Below are positions 1 through 10,797 of a DNA stretch of 64,000 bases, in pieces. Made by a program: the position numbers and the translations under genes. The DNA is from Candidatus Krumholzibacteriota bacterium (GTDB lineage Bacteria; Krumholzibacteriota; Krumholzibacteriia; JAJRXK01). The notes under the pieces were generated by a model, which saw only the letters and a list, made by a program, of their open reading frames with translations, did no database searches and had not been told where the DNA came from. How positions within the stretch are numbered: position 1 is the first letter of the stretch; each line of letters starts with the position of its first letter. The stretch covers positions 288,001-352,000 of the forward strand of contig CAVXTH010000005.1 in NCBI GenBank assembly GCA_963764625.1. The letters run 5' to 3'.

Positions 1-936
1 CCCGCCAGGTCCCCGGCGGCGGGAAGAGTGACGGGAAAGGAATGAAGCGCAGTGGTTCCCGGAGCCAACTCCAACTCCGTCTCGCCCATGGGCTCGCCTC
101 CCAGGTTCAAGAACACCTGGACCGGCAACGACTTCTCTCCGTCCTGACGAATCCCCACCGAAATCTCCGCGCTTTCACCGGGGCGCAAGAGGGTCGCGGG
201 CCGGCGGATCTGCTCGACTTCCCGGTTCACGAAGGGTTCGGCCGCGACTTTGCGCAAGAAGACATGAGTGTCGGGACGCGCCGCCAGACGTTGCGCCAGC
301 GTGGAGCGCGCCATCGAGTCGCTCGGCGTCTCCTGGAAGTCGCTCACGAGGTAGATCTCCCGGTGAGGATGCGATGCCCGGTCCAGGAAATCGAGGGCCT
401 GATCGAGAGAGGCGGCATAGGAGGTGGCGGAAAAACCGCACTCCCGCGCGCTCAACTGCGCCAGAACCAGACTCGGATCGCGCACGAAGTCTTCGAGCAA
501 CGGATGCAGACCCGTGTCGAAGAAGGCGACGCCGAATTCATCGCTTCCGGAAATTCCGTCGGCGATCTGAGCCGTTTGCTGGCACGCGAGATCGAAAAGT
601 GTGCCGCCGGAAGCCTGTGCGCGCATCGAGGCGCTGTCGTCGACCAACACCAGAACGCTCACTCCACTGCCCGAAGGCGCCAACCAGGACAGCCCGCCCG
701 TGACAGTGGGGCGGGCCATGGCCAAGACGACGCAGATCAGCGCGCCCACTCTGAGCGCCAGGAGAAGCAGGCGGCGAAGTCGCAAGCGATGACTCTGTTG
801 TTCCTGCGAGGGCTTGAGAAACCGCATCGGAGCGAATCGAATCTCGAAAATGCGATCTGCGGCGCAGGAAGTGCAGCAGGATGGGAATCCCCGCCGCGAC
901 CAGACCGAAGAGAAATGCGGGATGGAGAAAGTTCAC
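1..936 (-). CDS. BatA-domain (aerotolerance regulator N-terminal)/VWA protein; frameshifted near 848; runs off window start
   Basis: MNFLHPAFLFGLVAAGIPILLHFLRRR continues after a shift at a T4 run as RFAPMRFL...LLLLALRVGALICVVLAMARP; follows MoxR and DUF58 genes. Confidence 0.85.
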
Positions 937-945
937 CGCCCACTC

Positions 946-1851
946 CTAGCTCAAGCGCGCACGTTTGGCGAGGTACGCCATGAGCGCGACGTCGAATGGA
1001 GTTTGGGTGGTGAGCGGTACGTAATCGATCTGGTGCATGCCACACTCGCGCCCCAAGTGCTTGCGCCAGGCGCTCACTTGCGCGGCGTAACTCTCCTTGA
1101 GATGCCACGGTTGCGCGCTGATCGGAGCGAGCTCTCCCTCGGGATCCACGAATTTCGCCTGTTGGGTGAATTCCAGATCCACCTCCCGCGGATCGAGTAC
1201 GTGAAACACGAGGACTTCGTGTTGACGGTGGCGAAAGTGCTTCAGGCCGCGCAAGACGGTCTCGGGATCGTCGATGAGATCGCTGATGACGATGACGAGC
1301 CCGCGCCTCCACAAACGATCGGCCAACTCACTCAACACATTTCCCACGTGGGTTTGCTTGCCGACTTCCGCGTTTTGCAGGCGAGCCATCAGGTGCATCA
1401 GTTGCTTGCGCGAGCTCCTGGGCGGGATCATCTCCAACGCTTTCGTATCGAAGGTCACCAGCCCCACCGCGTCGTTCTGCTTCAGGAGAAGATAGGACAG
1501 AGCCGCGGCCAGCAACTTGGCGTAGCGCAGCTTCGAAGGCAAACCCTCTGAGGGCGGAGTGTCCATCGAAGCTGATACGTCCAGGAGAAGTCTCGCCATC
1601 AGATTGGTTTCTTCCTGGAAAACCTTCACGTAGTGACGGTCGGTCTTGGCGAAGACCCGCCAATCGATGTTCTGCGTGCTCTCGCCGGGGATGTACTGCC
1701 GGTATTCCGCGAACTCCACCGAGAAGCCGTGATAGGGGCTGCGGTGCAAACCCACCAGAAAACCCTCCACCAAGCCACGCGCAATGAGTTCCAGGCTTCC
1801 CAGGCGTCCCAGGAGCTCGGGATCGAGGAGCATTTCGCGGGGCTTCGCCAC
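946..1851 (-). CDS. DUF58 family VWA-like protein
   Basis: GLHRSPYHGFSVEFAEYRQYIPGE..IDW, LLDVSASM, VISD motifs; between MoxR and BatA. Confidence 0.95.
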   Translation of the reverse strand: MAKPREMLLDPELLGRLGSLELIARGLVEGFLVGLHRSPYHGFSVEFAEYRQYIPGESTQNIDWRVFAKTDRHYVKVFQEETNLMARLLLDVSASMDTPPSEGLPSKLRYAKLLAAALSYLLLKQNDAVGLVTFDTKALEMIPPRSSRKQLMHLMARLQNAEVGKQTHVGNVLSELADRLWRRGLVIVISDLIDDPETVLRGLKHFRHRQHEVLVFHVLDPREVDLEFTQQAKFVDPEGELAPISAQPWHLKESYAAQVSAWRKHLGRECGMHQIDYVPLTTQTPFDVALMAYLAKRARLS

Positions 1852-1860
1852 TCTGGGCTC

Positions 1861-2853
1861 CTAGAGATCGCTGGGGACGGAGTTCAGAAAGCTCTCGATG
1901 AGATCGTCGCGACTGAGTCCCTCGGCCTCAGCGCGAAAATTCGTCACCAAACGGTGGCGCAACACGGGCATGGCAATCGCACGCACGTCGTCCAGACTCG
2001 GAGTTGGCCGGCCCTGAAGTGCGGCCCGCGCCTTGGCGCCCAGGACCAGGAACTGAGCCGCCCGCGGACCCGCCCCCCAGGCAAGAAACTCCTCGGCCTT
2101 TTCGTGAGCCTCCGGCGTGCCCGGGCGGCTGAGTCGCACGAGACGCACCGCGAACTCCACCACGTTCTCGGCCGCCGGCACGCTTCGCACCAGCATCTGA
2201 TACTCCTGGATCTCCTCGGAGCGAACCACGGTGTGCAGCTCCTCCTCCACCGGACCGGTAGTGCGCCTCACGACCTGCATTTCCTCGTTCAGATCGGGGT
2301 AGTCGATCTTGATGTTCAGCATGAACCGGTCGAGCTGAGCCTCGGGCAGGGGATAGGTTCCTTCTTGCTCGATGGGATTCTGCGTGGCGAGCACGAAGAA
2401 CGGCCGCCCCAGGTCGTGAGTCTGTCCGGCCGCGGTCACCTGACGCTCTTGCATCGCCTGCAGCAGGGCCGATTGCGTTTTGGGCGGAGTCCGGTTGATC
2501 TCATCCGCGAGCACGATGTTGGCGAAGACCGGCCCTTTCACGAATCGGAAGACCCGCTGGCCGGTCGATTGGTCCTCTTCCAGAATCTCCGAGCCGGTGA
2601 TGTCGCTGGGCATGAGGTCGGGAGTAAATTGGATGCGACGAAATTCGAGATCCATGGCCTGGGCTACGGTGCTGATGAGGAGGGTCTTCGCCAGCCCGGG
2701 AACGCCTTCGAGCAGCACGTGCCCTCCGGCGAAGAGAGTGATGAGCAGCTCATCGATGACGGCATGCTGTCCCACGATTCGCTTGCCGATCTCGGCACAC
2801 AGGGCTTCCCGCAGGGCGCCCAGCTTTTCCAGTTTTTCCAAGTCGCCGATCAA
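1861..2853 (-). CDS. moxR: MoxR family AAA+ ATPase
   Basis: Walker A GVPGLAKT, Walker B VLADEINR, ATQNPIEQEGTYPLPEAQLDRF; AAGGAG RBS before TTG at 2853. Confidence 0.95.
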   Translation of the reverse strand: MIGDLEKLEKLGALREALCAEIGKRIVGQHAVIDELLITLFAGGHVLLEGVPGLAKTLLISTVAQAMDLEFRRIQFTPDLMPSDITGSEILEEDQSTGQRVFRFVKGPVFANIVLADEINRTPPKTQSALLQAMQERQVTAAGQTHDLGRPFFVLATQNPIEQEGTYPLPEAQLDRFMLNIKIDYPDLNEEMQVVRRTTGPVEEELHTVVRSEEIQEYQMLVRSVPAAENVVEFAVRLVRLSRPGTPEAHEKAEEFLAWGAGPRAAQFLVLGAKARAALQGRPTPSLDDVRAIAMPVLRHRLVTNFRAEAEGLSRDDLIESFLNSVPSDL

Positions 2854-2983
2854 ATCTCTCTCCTTTAGAATAGTGAGACCGCGATCGAAACGAAGCCGCA
2901 GCTCACAAGGAAAGCGCTCGGGCCTCGCTCGCCAAGTCCCCGGCATCAATGAATTTCACCCCGAACTAGGCGATGGGAAAATC

Positions 2984-4303
2984 ATGGGTAGGAAAACCGG
3001 CTTACGATGCATCGTTTTGGGCCTCTGCCTGACCTTCTCTGCGACATTCCTCACGGCCTGTGGCCAGGCCGACCAAGCGTCGACCGATCCCTCTGAAGTC
3101 TTCATTCTCGGCGTCTCCTCTCTCGATTGGAGCCGCCTGGACGCACTCATGGACAAGGGGGAGCTCCCCCACTTCCGCAAGATCGTCAAGGAGGGCGTAC
3201 GGGCCGATCCCCAGGGCGAAGACCCGCTCCTGATGGCCTCGCTCTGGACCAGCATCCAGACCGGCAAGAAGTACGCGGGGCATCGCGTCTTCGGGAACTT
3301 CGAGACCATGCCGGACGGACTCGTCTGCCCCACCCGGACGGTGTCCCGGTTCACCACCAACGTGTGGCAGATGCTCTCGCGAAACGACCACAGCGTCGCC
3401 ATCGTGGGATTGCCGGTCACCTTCCCCGCAGAGACAGTACAGGGACAGGTCATCAGCAATGTTGCGTTTCCCAATCGATGGACCGAGACGAGCGAGGTCA
3501 CCTATCGGCCGAAGCCTGGACTGAGGGAGACCTTCCCCAACGCACTCTATGACGAGGTCAAAGGCCTGTACCATGGCGCCGATACCATCAAGCGGGAGGA
3601 ACTCACGCGCTTCTTCGTGTTGAACGAATCCGAATTTGCCATGGCCTTCGACCAGCCACTGGGATCGATCATCAAACTGCAAAACCCGATGCGGGACTTC
3701 GCCCTCACTCATCAAGTGGATCTCAGCTACCTCGACATGGCCTTGGATCTGAAGAAGAAGTATCAGCCGGACGTCACCGCCTGTTTGCTCGAGCTTCCAG
3801 CCGTGGTCTCGCCCGTGTACTGGTACTTCACCGAACCCGAGGGCACGATCGCCGAGAATCCCAACTACCGCCGCTTTCGCAACACGGTGGACGAAACCTA
3901 CCGGTGGGTCGACGAACAGCTCGGAAGAGTTCTGGATGCCCTTGACGAGAACGGGACTCTGATCGTCATGAGCGAGCGTGGGTTTGGCATCGATCACATC
4001 CAGGAAGGCGGCGATCGCGTCATCCCGGTCGCGCAAGCGCAGCCCAGGGGAGTTCTCATCCTCTACGGCCACGGCGTCGCCAAGGACAAGCGCCTGCAGT
4101 TCACCAAGATCTTCGACTTCGCCCCGACCCTGCTGGCCATGGAACGCACGCCCATCGGGGACGACCTCGATGGAACTCCGCTCATGGGCGCATTCACCGA
4201 CGAGTTCGCGGTGTCTCACAGACCGCTGTACCGCGACAGCTACGACAAAGAGGCAAAGGGAAAGACGCGGTTCGAGGAGATCGGGACGACAATGTCACAG
4301 TGA
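2984..4303 (+). CDS. Alkaline phosphatase superfamily (type I phosphodiesterase/nucleotide pyrophosphatase-like) lipoprotein
   Basis: Lipobox LTAC; WTSIQTGK, YRWVDEQLGRVL, IVMSERG, DFAPTLL; several metal ligands look degenerate. Confidence 0.8.
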   Translation: MGRKTGLRCIVLGLCLTFSATFLTACGQADQASTDPSEVFILGVSSLDWSRLDALMDKGELPHFRKIVKEGVRADPQGEDPLLMASLWTSIQTGKKYAGHRVFGNFETMPDGLVCPTRTVSRFTTNVWQMLSRNDHSVAIVGLPVTFPAETVQGQVISNVAFPNRWTETSEVTYRPKPGLRETFPNALYDEVKGLYHGADTIKREELTRFFVLNESEFAMAFDQPLGSIIKLQNPMRDFALTHQVDLSYLDMALDLKKKYQPDVTACLLELPAVVSPVYWYFTEPEGTIAENPNYRRFRNTVDETYRWVDEQLGRVLDALDENGTLIVMSERGFGIDHIQEGGDRVIPVAQAQPRGVLILYGHGVAKDKRLQFTKIFDFAPTLLAMERTPIGDDLDGTPLMGAFTDEFAVSHRPLYRDSYDKEAKGKTRFEEIGTTMSQ

Positions 4304-4331
4304 CGACGACCACCGTCCGCAGTGACTTCGC

Positions 4332-5969
4332 TCAGAGGAGCTTGCGGTCGCGCAGACCGAAGACCTCTTCGCGGAGGATCGAGACGGGAGGGGCCCCGGC
4401 CGAGAGAGCGCGATCGTGGTAGGACTTCAGCGAGAAGGAGTGTTTCTCGATCTCGCGCAGATCCTCCCGCAGCTTGAGGAAGAGAAGCTTTCCCAGAGTG
4501 TAGCCCAGGTACTGCGGATCGAAGCATCCCCTCTCGGTTTCCCGTTGGGCCAGCACATCGTCCATGTAGCAGTGGCCGGTGAGGAAGCGCTTCGATTCCT
4601 CGAACTTCCACGAACCGGTATGGAGACCGATGCTGCACATCAATCGCGCGCTGCGCTCCAACGCGGCATGACGCTGACAGATTCCGAACTTCAGATCCTC
4701 GTTCCGGAACGACTCCTCGAACAGGAGTTGCTCGCAGTAATGAGCCCACCCCTCCCAGAAGTGGTAGCTCACCGCGAATAGGCGAGTGGCTCGGCTCGGC
4801 GCGCGACGTACGTGCATCGCGTGGAGGAAGTGGCCCGGGATGACTTCGTGACCGGTGATCACGCGCAAGCGTGAGTCGTTGAACATCGAGATCCACCGGC
4901 TCCGGCGTGCGGCAGGCCACTCGTCCTCCGGCGGCGTGAGGTAGTACCAGGCACGCAGGGAGGAGGGCGCGAAGGGTCCGGGATCTTCGAGCGATGCGAT
5001 CGCCCAGCGCATCCAAGGTGGCGTGACTCCGATTTCGGGTCTGGCATCGCTGGGAATCGTCACCAGGTCGCGCGCCCGCACGAATTCGTGGAGCTCAGAG
5101 ACGATTTCTTCGCCGCTAGCCGACAACTCCATCGGCCACGAGACGTCCTTGGCGATGGAGTCGAGCACTTCGCGGGGGGTCGCCTTGGAGTCGTACTGGC
5201 GGCAGAGTTCCTCCAAGGAGGCTCGGTTCCGATTCAGTTCGGCCTCACCCGCTCGCAGGACCTCGTCCAGCTCGAGTTCCAATCCCTCCTGCTCGCGCAA
5301 CATTCCCTCGAAGCTTTCTCTGCCCATGGCGAACTCTTGGTGCGCGCGCGGCAGGGCCTCGCTTTCCAGGTACTCCAGGTGGTCGCTGACCGCTTTCGCC
5401 GCCTCCTTCACCGTGCCCGAGAATCCAGAGGGTAGGGGACCTTCTTCTAGCGCGGCGTGGTGAATTCCCGTCTGCAGGAAGGACTCGAGACCCCTGAACA
5501 CCGAGATCGCGGTCATGACGGCCGGGCTCGAGAGCTCCGGTTCGAGTTCCTCGCGGACCGCGGCGAGGAACGAAGGGACCTGTTTCAAATGAGTGAGAAG
5601 CGAGTGCGCGCGCTCCGCCCATGGGGCATAGTCCCAACGCAGGTAGGGCGAAGGATCGACGAGATCGGCCGCGTGCATCGGGTCGATCTCCTCCTTGCGC
5701 TGGACCGTGAGCCGCCAGACCTCGCTGCGCAGAGCATGGTGGAACAGGCGCGCGTCGAGTCCCACCGAATTGGGTCCCAGGCTCTCCAGGATTTCCTTTA
5801 GAAAGAGAAGGCGGCTGCGGCGCGCGTCTTGGCCAATCTGCGCCAGATACCCGTCGTACTGATGCAAACCCAGAGCTCTGGCCTCGTCTGGCCGGTAGAG
5901 GTGCGTTCGTTCCTCGTACCGGTCGAGGAGCGAATCCAAGCTCGGGCAGGGGTTGGAAGAAATGCGCAA
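4332..5969 (-). CDS. DUF885 family protein (zincin-like)
   Basis: HEVIPGHFLH, EGWAHYCE, GYTLGKL motifs. Confidence 0.9.
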   Translation of the reverse strand: MRISSNPCPSLDSLLDRYEERTHLYRPDEARALGLHQYDGYLAQIGQDARRSRLLFLKEILESLGPNSVGLDARLFHHALRSEVWRLTVQRKEEIDPMHAADLVDPSPYLRWDYAPWAERAHSLLTHLKQVPSFLAAVREELEPELSSPAVMTAISVFRGLESFLQTGIHHAALEEGPLPSGFSGTVKEAAKAVSDHLEYLESEALPRAHQEFAMGRESFEGMLREQEGLELELDEVLRAGEAELNRNRASLEELCRQYDSKATPREVLDSIAKDVSWPMELSASGEEIVSELHEFVRARDLVTIPSDARPEIGVTPPWMRWAIASLEDPGPFAPSSLRAWYYLTPPEDEWPAARRSRWISMFNDSRLRVITGHEVIPGHFLHAMHVRRAPSRATRLFAVSYHFWEGWAHYCEQLLFEESFRNEDLKFGICQRHAALERSARLMCSIGLHTGSWKFEESKRFLTGHCYMDDVLAQRETERGCFDPQYLGYTLGKLLFLKLREDLREIEKHSFSLKSYHDRALSAGAPPVSILREEVFGLRDRKLL

Positions 5970-6115
5970 AGTCGACCGCCTTCAAGGACTGGGACCACCC
6001 CACGAGGGCGTCATGGGGACCAAGGCTTCGTGTTCGCGCGCAAACTCGGGCGCACATCCAGAGCATTGCGCAGCTTCGCGAGCCCGGCTAGGCTCGCATC
6101 TCAAAGAGGATCCCC

Positions 6116-7180
6116 ATGCGAACTTGTGAAATCCTCATCGTGGGCGGAGGCATTGGTGCCTGTGCCGTGGCGTTGTCCATGCAGGAGACGGGCCACAAGG
6201 AGGTCTGGCTTCTGGCCCCCACCTTCCTGGGAGACGATAGTTCCGCGCTCTCCCCCGCCCTGCTCCATAGCTACCACGAGTTGGCCGCTCTGGCGGATGC
6301 GTCCGCCCCCGCGCCGCAAGCCTACCAGATTTGGGCCCAAGAGGCCGACGAGGAACTCGGACTCGCGCGCTGCGGTATGTTGATCGTGGCTGACGAGGCT
6401 CTCGCGCCCCGCGTTTTGGGGCGAGGACTGCGGCTTCGTCCTCACGGAATAACGGCGGAGGAGCTCGACGAGGACGGGTTGGCGCATCGCGAGCCACGTG
6501 GCTCGTTTCCAGCCAAAGGAGCCGGTTTGTGGCTGCCCGAGGCCTCCCTCGTCGATCCGCGGCGGACGGTGGACGTGCTGGGTCGGCTCGCCGCCAGCAG
6601 AGGGGTGCGGGTGATCCAGGGGGAGCAGCCGCTCGCGCTCACGGTCGCGGGGGATAAAACCACCGGAGTCGCGACAAGCCACGGTAGGATTGAAGCCGAA
6701 TGGACCATCGTGGCAAGTGATCCGGCTCTGCGCCAGCTGGCGCCCGCGCTCGCCGAGCGGGGGCTGCAGCGCGAGGTCCGTCCCTTTCAGCTCGTGCAAC
6801 CGCCGGCGGATTTCGGCCCGCCGATCGGTATTCTGTGGCACGAACGCCTCGGCCTGAGCTGGCGTCCCCTCCCCTCGGGGTGGATCCGGCGCAACGGCCT
6901 CGCTCCCGAGAACGCGCGCGCCGGCGATCCCCTCCTTCCGGGGCTCGATCGGGCGACCGTGTGGACCGAGGGATTCTGGACCCACGAGCGAGGGAGGGAC
7001 CAGCGGCCTCTGGTGGGGCCGGCTCCGGACATGCGCCGCCTTCTGCTCGCGGCCGGTTTCGGGGCGCGGGACTTCGATCTTGCCCCCACCGCCGGCCACC
7101 TTCTCGTACAATGGCTTCAGGACAAGGGCCTGCCCGGAGGCATGGCGGCAATACTGGATCCGCGGAGGTTCGTGGTCTGA
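6116..7180 (+). CDS. FAD-dependent oxidoreductase, DAO/sarcosine oxidase beta-like
   Basis: N-terminal IVGGGIGACAVA Rossmann motif; C-terminal DQRPLVGP..LLLAAGFGA. Confidence 0.8.
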   Translation: MRTCEILIVGGGIGACAVALSMQETGHKEVWLLAPTFLGDDSSALSPALLHSYHELAALADASAPAPQAYQIWAQEADEELGLARCGMLIVADEALAPRVLGRGLRLRPHGITAEELDEDGLAHREPRGSFPAKGAGLWLPEASLVDPRRTVDVLGRLAASRGVRVIQGEQPLALTVAGDKTTGVATSHGRIEAEWTIVASDPALRQLAPALAERGLQREVRPFQLVQPPADFGPPIGILWHERLGLSWRPLPSGWIRRNGLAPENARAGDPLLPGLDRATVWTEGFWTHERGRDQRPLVGPAPDMRRLLLAAGFGARDFDLAPTAGHLLVQWLQDKGLPGGMAAILDPRRFVV

Positions 7181-7232
7181 ACTCCTCCTTCGAGCCGGAG
7201 CGCCGCCCCAGCAGACAGAACAGGGGATAAGC

Positions 7233-7571
7233 ATGTTGATCCTCGTGAGCCGTGACGAAGAACTCGTGAGCGAGCTGTTACGAGAGGCAGAGAGCGAACA
7301 CGCACAACTCCTCCACGTACCGCGCCAGGAGACTCTGCAACGCTGCTCACAGGGAGAACCGCTCCGCCGGGTGTTCATCGATTTGAACGTGGGGGACGAG
7401 GCCCTCGACTTCATCGCCGCGCTCAAGGCCGGTCCCTGCGAGCCCATCATCATCGCCTTCCTCGACCACTTCGTCGGCGATCTGCCCATCCGGGCCAAGC
7501 TGGCCGGAGCCGATCGCATCATCCCGCAGACCCAGTTTCGCCGCGAATTCCCCCGCTTGCTCGCAGAATGA
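7233..7571 (+). CDS. Stand-alone receiver-like domain protein (degenerate)
   Basis: VFIDL, IIAFLDH, AKLAGAD pattern; lacks the canonical DD pair and conserved K. Confidence 0.65.
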   Translation: MLILVSRDEELVSELLREAESEHAQLLHVPRQETLQRCSQGEPLRRVFIDLNVGDEALDFIAALKAGPCEPIIIAFLDHFVGDLPIRAKLAGADRIIPQTQFRREFPRLLAE

Positions 7572-7580
7572 GCTCTCCGC

Positions 7581-8231
7581 TCAGGGCTGCTCTTGGTCCA
7601 GCACCCGGCTTTCGAGAACGTATAGGGTCCAGTCCTCCCATTGGCCGTCGAGGGGTGCGGCGGGAAGTCCGTCTTTGGGATGGAGCTGCGCGCGGGAGCG
7701 CCAGCTGACGCGATGAGGCTCGGTTTGCTCGCTGACCAGGGTGGCGATCTCTTCCTTGCTCCGGCCGTCGTGGCGCAAGTCGAGCTCGAAGAACACGCCG
7801 AAATGGACCTGGCTCACTTCTTCGCGTTCGGAGTTGATGTAGCCTAGGGGTCTTAATGCCTGGGCCTCCACCCGCAAGCCGGTTTCCTCTTTCAGCTCGC
7901 GCAGCGCCGCGCCGTGGATGAACCCGCTACCTTTGCTCTCGTCTTTGTCCATCGGTTCCATGTGGCCCCCGAAACCGATCGTCCACAGGCCGCCGAGCCG
8001 AGTCTCGGTGTGCTTGGCACGCCGCTGATAGCACAACACATCGTCACCGAGCGTGATCACCATGTAGGGGATGATCTGTTTGAAGTGGCTGCACTGCTCC
8101 ATGTACCGGCGCTCGGCGAAAAACGCGTATTTCTCCACCGCGGCGAGATCCACCGCATCCAGGGCGAGAAATCCCTGCGGTGAGAGATTGGGAAAGATGT
8201 GTTTGCGATCGACGACCAAGATGAACTGCAT
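7581..8231 (-). CDS. NUDIX phosphoesterase (COG4112-like)
   Basis: KQIIPY, GFGGH, Nudix box AALRELKEETG, VHFG. Confidence 0.9.
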   Translation of the reverse strand: MQFILVVDRKHIFPNLSPQGFLALDAVDLAAVEKYAFFAERRYMEQCSHFKQIIPYMVITLGDDVLCYQRRAKHTETRLGGLWTIGFGGHMEPMDKDESKGSGFIHGAALRELKEETGLRVEAQALRPLGYINSEREEVSQVHFGVFFELDLRHDGRSKEEIATLVSEQTEPHRVSWRSRAQLHPKDGLPAAPLDGQWEDWTLYVLESRVLDQEQP

Positions 8232-8300
8232 GCTGCCTCACTGCCCTTTCGCTCGTGCGCGGATCTTGGATTCGCCGCGCGAGGACTCATTACCCCGGGA

Positions 8301-9299
8301 CTACCAATAGTGCTCTTTGAAACGGCGATAGTACTCGACCGTCGAGCTCAGGCCTTCCTCCAACCCGACTCTGGGCTGCCATCCGGTCGCGGTGCTGAAC
8401 TTGGAGTGGTCCGCCACGAAATCGCCGGTCTCGATCACGCGACGTTCCTCCGGCCAGGGAACTAGCTTCAGACAGCCGCTCCCCGCGGCTCGAATGACCA
8501 TTTCGGTGACTTCCTTGAACGGTCGCGAATCATCTCCGCCCAGATGAAACGCTTCCCCCACCGTTTTCTCGTGATTCTCTCCGCAGCGCAGGAACGCCTC
8601 GGTGACGTCGTCCACGTAGTTGTAATCGCGCTTCTGCCGTCCGTCCCCAAAAATCGAAATCGTCTCATCGTCGAGGGCCAGACGCAGGAACCAGTTCAGG
8701 ATTCCGTATTTCCCGTGTTTCATCTGGTGCCGCGGGCCGTAGGTGTTGTTCACCCGCAGGCTGGTGAACCGCATCCCATAGGCTCTTTCGTATACGAAGC
8801 CGTAGAGTTCGGCCGCGACCTTGTTTACGCCATAGATGTCGGTGGGATGCATCGGATGGTCCTCGGTGACCGGCGTCTGCTTCAGCACTCCGTACTGACC
8901 CCGGGTTCCGGCGTAGATCACGTGGCACTGCGGGGCGTGGTGACGAACCGCTTCGTACATCACGAGGTTGCCCCTGCAGTTGATGTCGACATCCCACAGA
9001 GGTCTGGTCATCGAATCGACGTGGCTGGTCTGCATGCCGATGTGAAACAGCAGGTCCTTCCCCGTCACGACGGCATTCATCGACTCGGCGTCACGGATGT
9101 CCTGAATGCGCACCTCCACCTCGTCCTTCACCGGCTCCAGATTGAAGCGATTGCCACCGAAGAGCGGGATCAGCGCGTCGACGACGGTCACTTCGGCTCC
9201 GGCCTTCACCAGGGCAATCGCCAGCGAGCTGCCGAGAAATCCCAGTCCCCCGGTGACCAGGACTCGCTTTCCCTGGTAGAATTCATGCGCTTGCGTCAA
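8301..9299 (-). CDS. NAD-dependent nucleotide-sugar epimerase/dehydratase
   Basis: VTGGLGFLGS, YGVNK (YxxxK), NTYGP, GDGRQKRDYNYVDD. Confidence 0.95.
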   Translation of the reverse strand: MTQAHEFYQGKRVLVTGGLGFLGSSLAIALVKAGAEVTVVDALIPLFGGNRFNLEPVKDEVEVRIQDIRDAESMNAVVTGKDLLFHIGMQTSHVDSMTRPLWDVDINCRGNLVMYEAVRHHAPQCHVIYAGTRGQYGVLKQTPVTEDHPMHPTDIYGVNKVAAELYGFVYERAYGMRFTSLRVNNTYGPRHQMKHGKYGILNWFLRLALDDETISIFGDGRQKRDYNYVDDVTEAFLRCGENHEKTVGEAFHLGGDDSRPFKEVTEMVIRAAGSGCLKLVPWPEERRVIETGDFVADHSKFSTATGWQPRVGLEEGLSSTVEYYRRFKEHYW

Positions 9300-9428
9300 A
9301 TTGCTCTCCTATGGAATTCCGTCGTGGTTTGGCAGTGTATGCCTACCCGTTCCCCTTCACAACCGGCGGGATTTCGTGGCGAGATGCGCGATCTCGTCAA
9401 GCCATCCAGAATTGGAGAGGAAGAGCTC

Positions 9429-9854
9429 ATGGATTTCAAGAGAGATGGAAATCGCCTTCTCATGCGCCTGCATCGTGGTGAGAAGATCATGCAGACGGTT
9501 CAGCGATTCGCCGAGGAGCAGAAACTCAAGAACGCGGCGGTGATCGGCATCGGAGCCGCAGAGAATCTCGATTTGGGCTACTGGGACCGCGAGCGTAGGG
9601 AGTACGCCCGGCGCCAATTCGCCGATCCGCACGAGATCCTGAGTCTCTCGGGCAACCTCTCGTGGAAGGACGGAAGCCCCTTCCTCCACGCGCACGTGCT
9701 TCTGGCCAATCGCGACTTCGCCGCGGTGGGGGGCCATCTCTTCGCGGCGACGATCACCGCCACCGCCGAACTCCAGATCTGGCCCGGCGAGTTCGAGCTG
9801 CACCGCGAGATGGACTCAGACGTCGGGATGAAGCTCTGGAACCTGGGCGGCTGA
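9429..9854 (+). CDS. PPC/DUF296 domain protein
   Basis: GIGA, EILSLSGNL, FLHAHV, GGHL motifs; purine-rich RBS upstream. Confidence 0.9.
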   Translation: MDFKRDGNRLLMRLHRGEKIMQTVQRFAEEQKLKNAAVIGIGAAENLDLGYWDRERREYARRQFADPHEILSLSGNLSWKDGSPFLHAHVLLANRDFAAVGGHLFAATITATAELQIWPGEFELHREMDSDVGMKLWNLGG

Positions 9855-9871
9855 GGCCTTATCTTGGATCC

Positions 9872-10780
9872 ATGCGCAGATTCCTTCTGCCTCGTCGGCG
9901 CGGCTCCATCCGAGCGAGCGCGACTTTGCGACTCTGCCGCCGCGCCGGCGCCGGCTCGTGGCGGGGAGCGGTGGGGCTTGTTCTGCTCGGGATTTTCCTG
10001 CCTCTGCTCAACGCCTCCTCCTGCAGTCCGAGCTCGAGCGACGCCACCATCATCCCCGCGGGCCTGAAGATCCAGAACGCGCTGCCCGCCTTTCCCACCG
10101 TAGAGCAGCCCGACTACGTGTTGTTCGACGTTCCGTTCCCGACCTCACTGCGGCTCGATCTGAATCAGATCGCGAGCCCGGACGAGATCACCCTGAGCTT
10201 CTGGCCGCCGATCGAGGATGGTTGGAAAAAGCGCGCCAGTACTACCTCGGCCATCTTCTGGATCGACGACTTCACACCGGACCCGAGCACCGAGTTTCAA
10301 CGCATTCTCATCGACGGCCCTCGCTTCACGCATCCCTGGCTGTGGGAGTTCCTGGTGAAAGAACGGAGCACGCCTTCGGCCGAGATCTTCGCCATGTGCT
10401 ACCAGCGCCAGGCAATTGGTCCTTCACCTCAGTGGGCTCTTCTGCTCTTCTACGACTTCGCGACCGCACGCGACATCACGACTCCCGGCGATCTCTTCTC
10501 GCTCCAGGCGGCGACGGTGGATCTCGCGAGCGTCGAACAGTCGGCCGCGGGCGAGCGCCGCTACGTTCAGTCCGTGGACGGTCTCGTGCCGGGAGAGTTC
10601 TACGCCATGGGGGTCATTCTCGACAGCAACAACGACGGTATCTACGACCCGCAAGTCGACTGGTGGGGAATAGCGACCGAGGGATTGACCTCCTTGATTC
10701 CGACCTTCGTGCCAGCCTCTGTCGACCCCACCAACGTCCAGATTCTCGAAGCGGAATTGCGCCGGCCGCCGGCGTATTGA
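9872..10780 (+). CDS. Hypothetical (lipo)protein
   Basis: Hydrophobic segment ending ASSC; C-terminal DSNNDGIYD Ca-binding-like loop; start uncertain. Confidence 0.6.
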   Translation: MRRFLLPRRRGSIRASATLRLCRRAGAGSWRGAVGLVLLGIFLPLLNASSCSPSSSDATIIPAGLKIQNALPAFPTVEQPDYVLFDVPFPTSLRLDLNQIASPDEITLSFWPPIEDGWKKRASTTSAIFWIDDFTPDPSTEFQRILIDGPRFTHPWLWEFLVKERSTPSAEIFAMCYQRQAIGPSPQWALLLFYDFATARDITTPGDLFSLQAATVDLASVEQSAAGERRYVQSVDGLVPGEFYAMGVILDSNNDGIYDPQVDWWGIATEGLTSLIPTFVPASVDPTNVQILEAELRRPPAY

Positions 10781-10797
10781 GAGGTGCTCCTCAGTTC

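Noticed and set aside
42-2868. Long plus-strand ORFs (42-983, 814-1551, 1633-2868) and similar antisense ORFs elsewhere
   Set aside because: Shadow frames of well-supported opposite-strand genes, expected at high GC.
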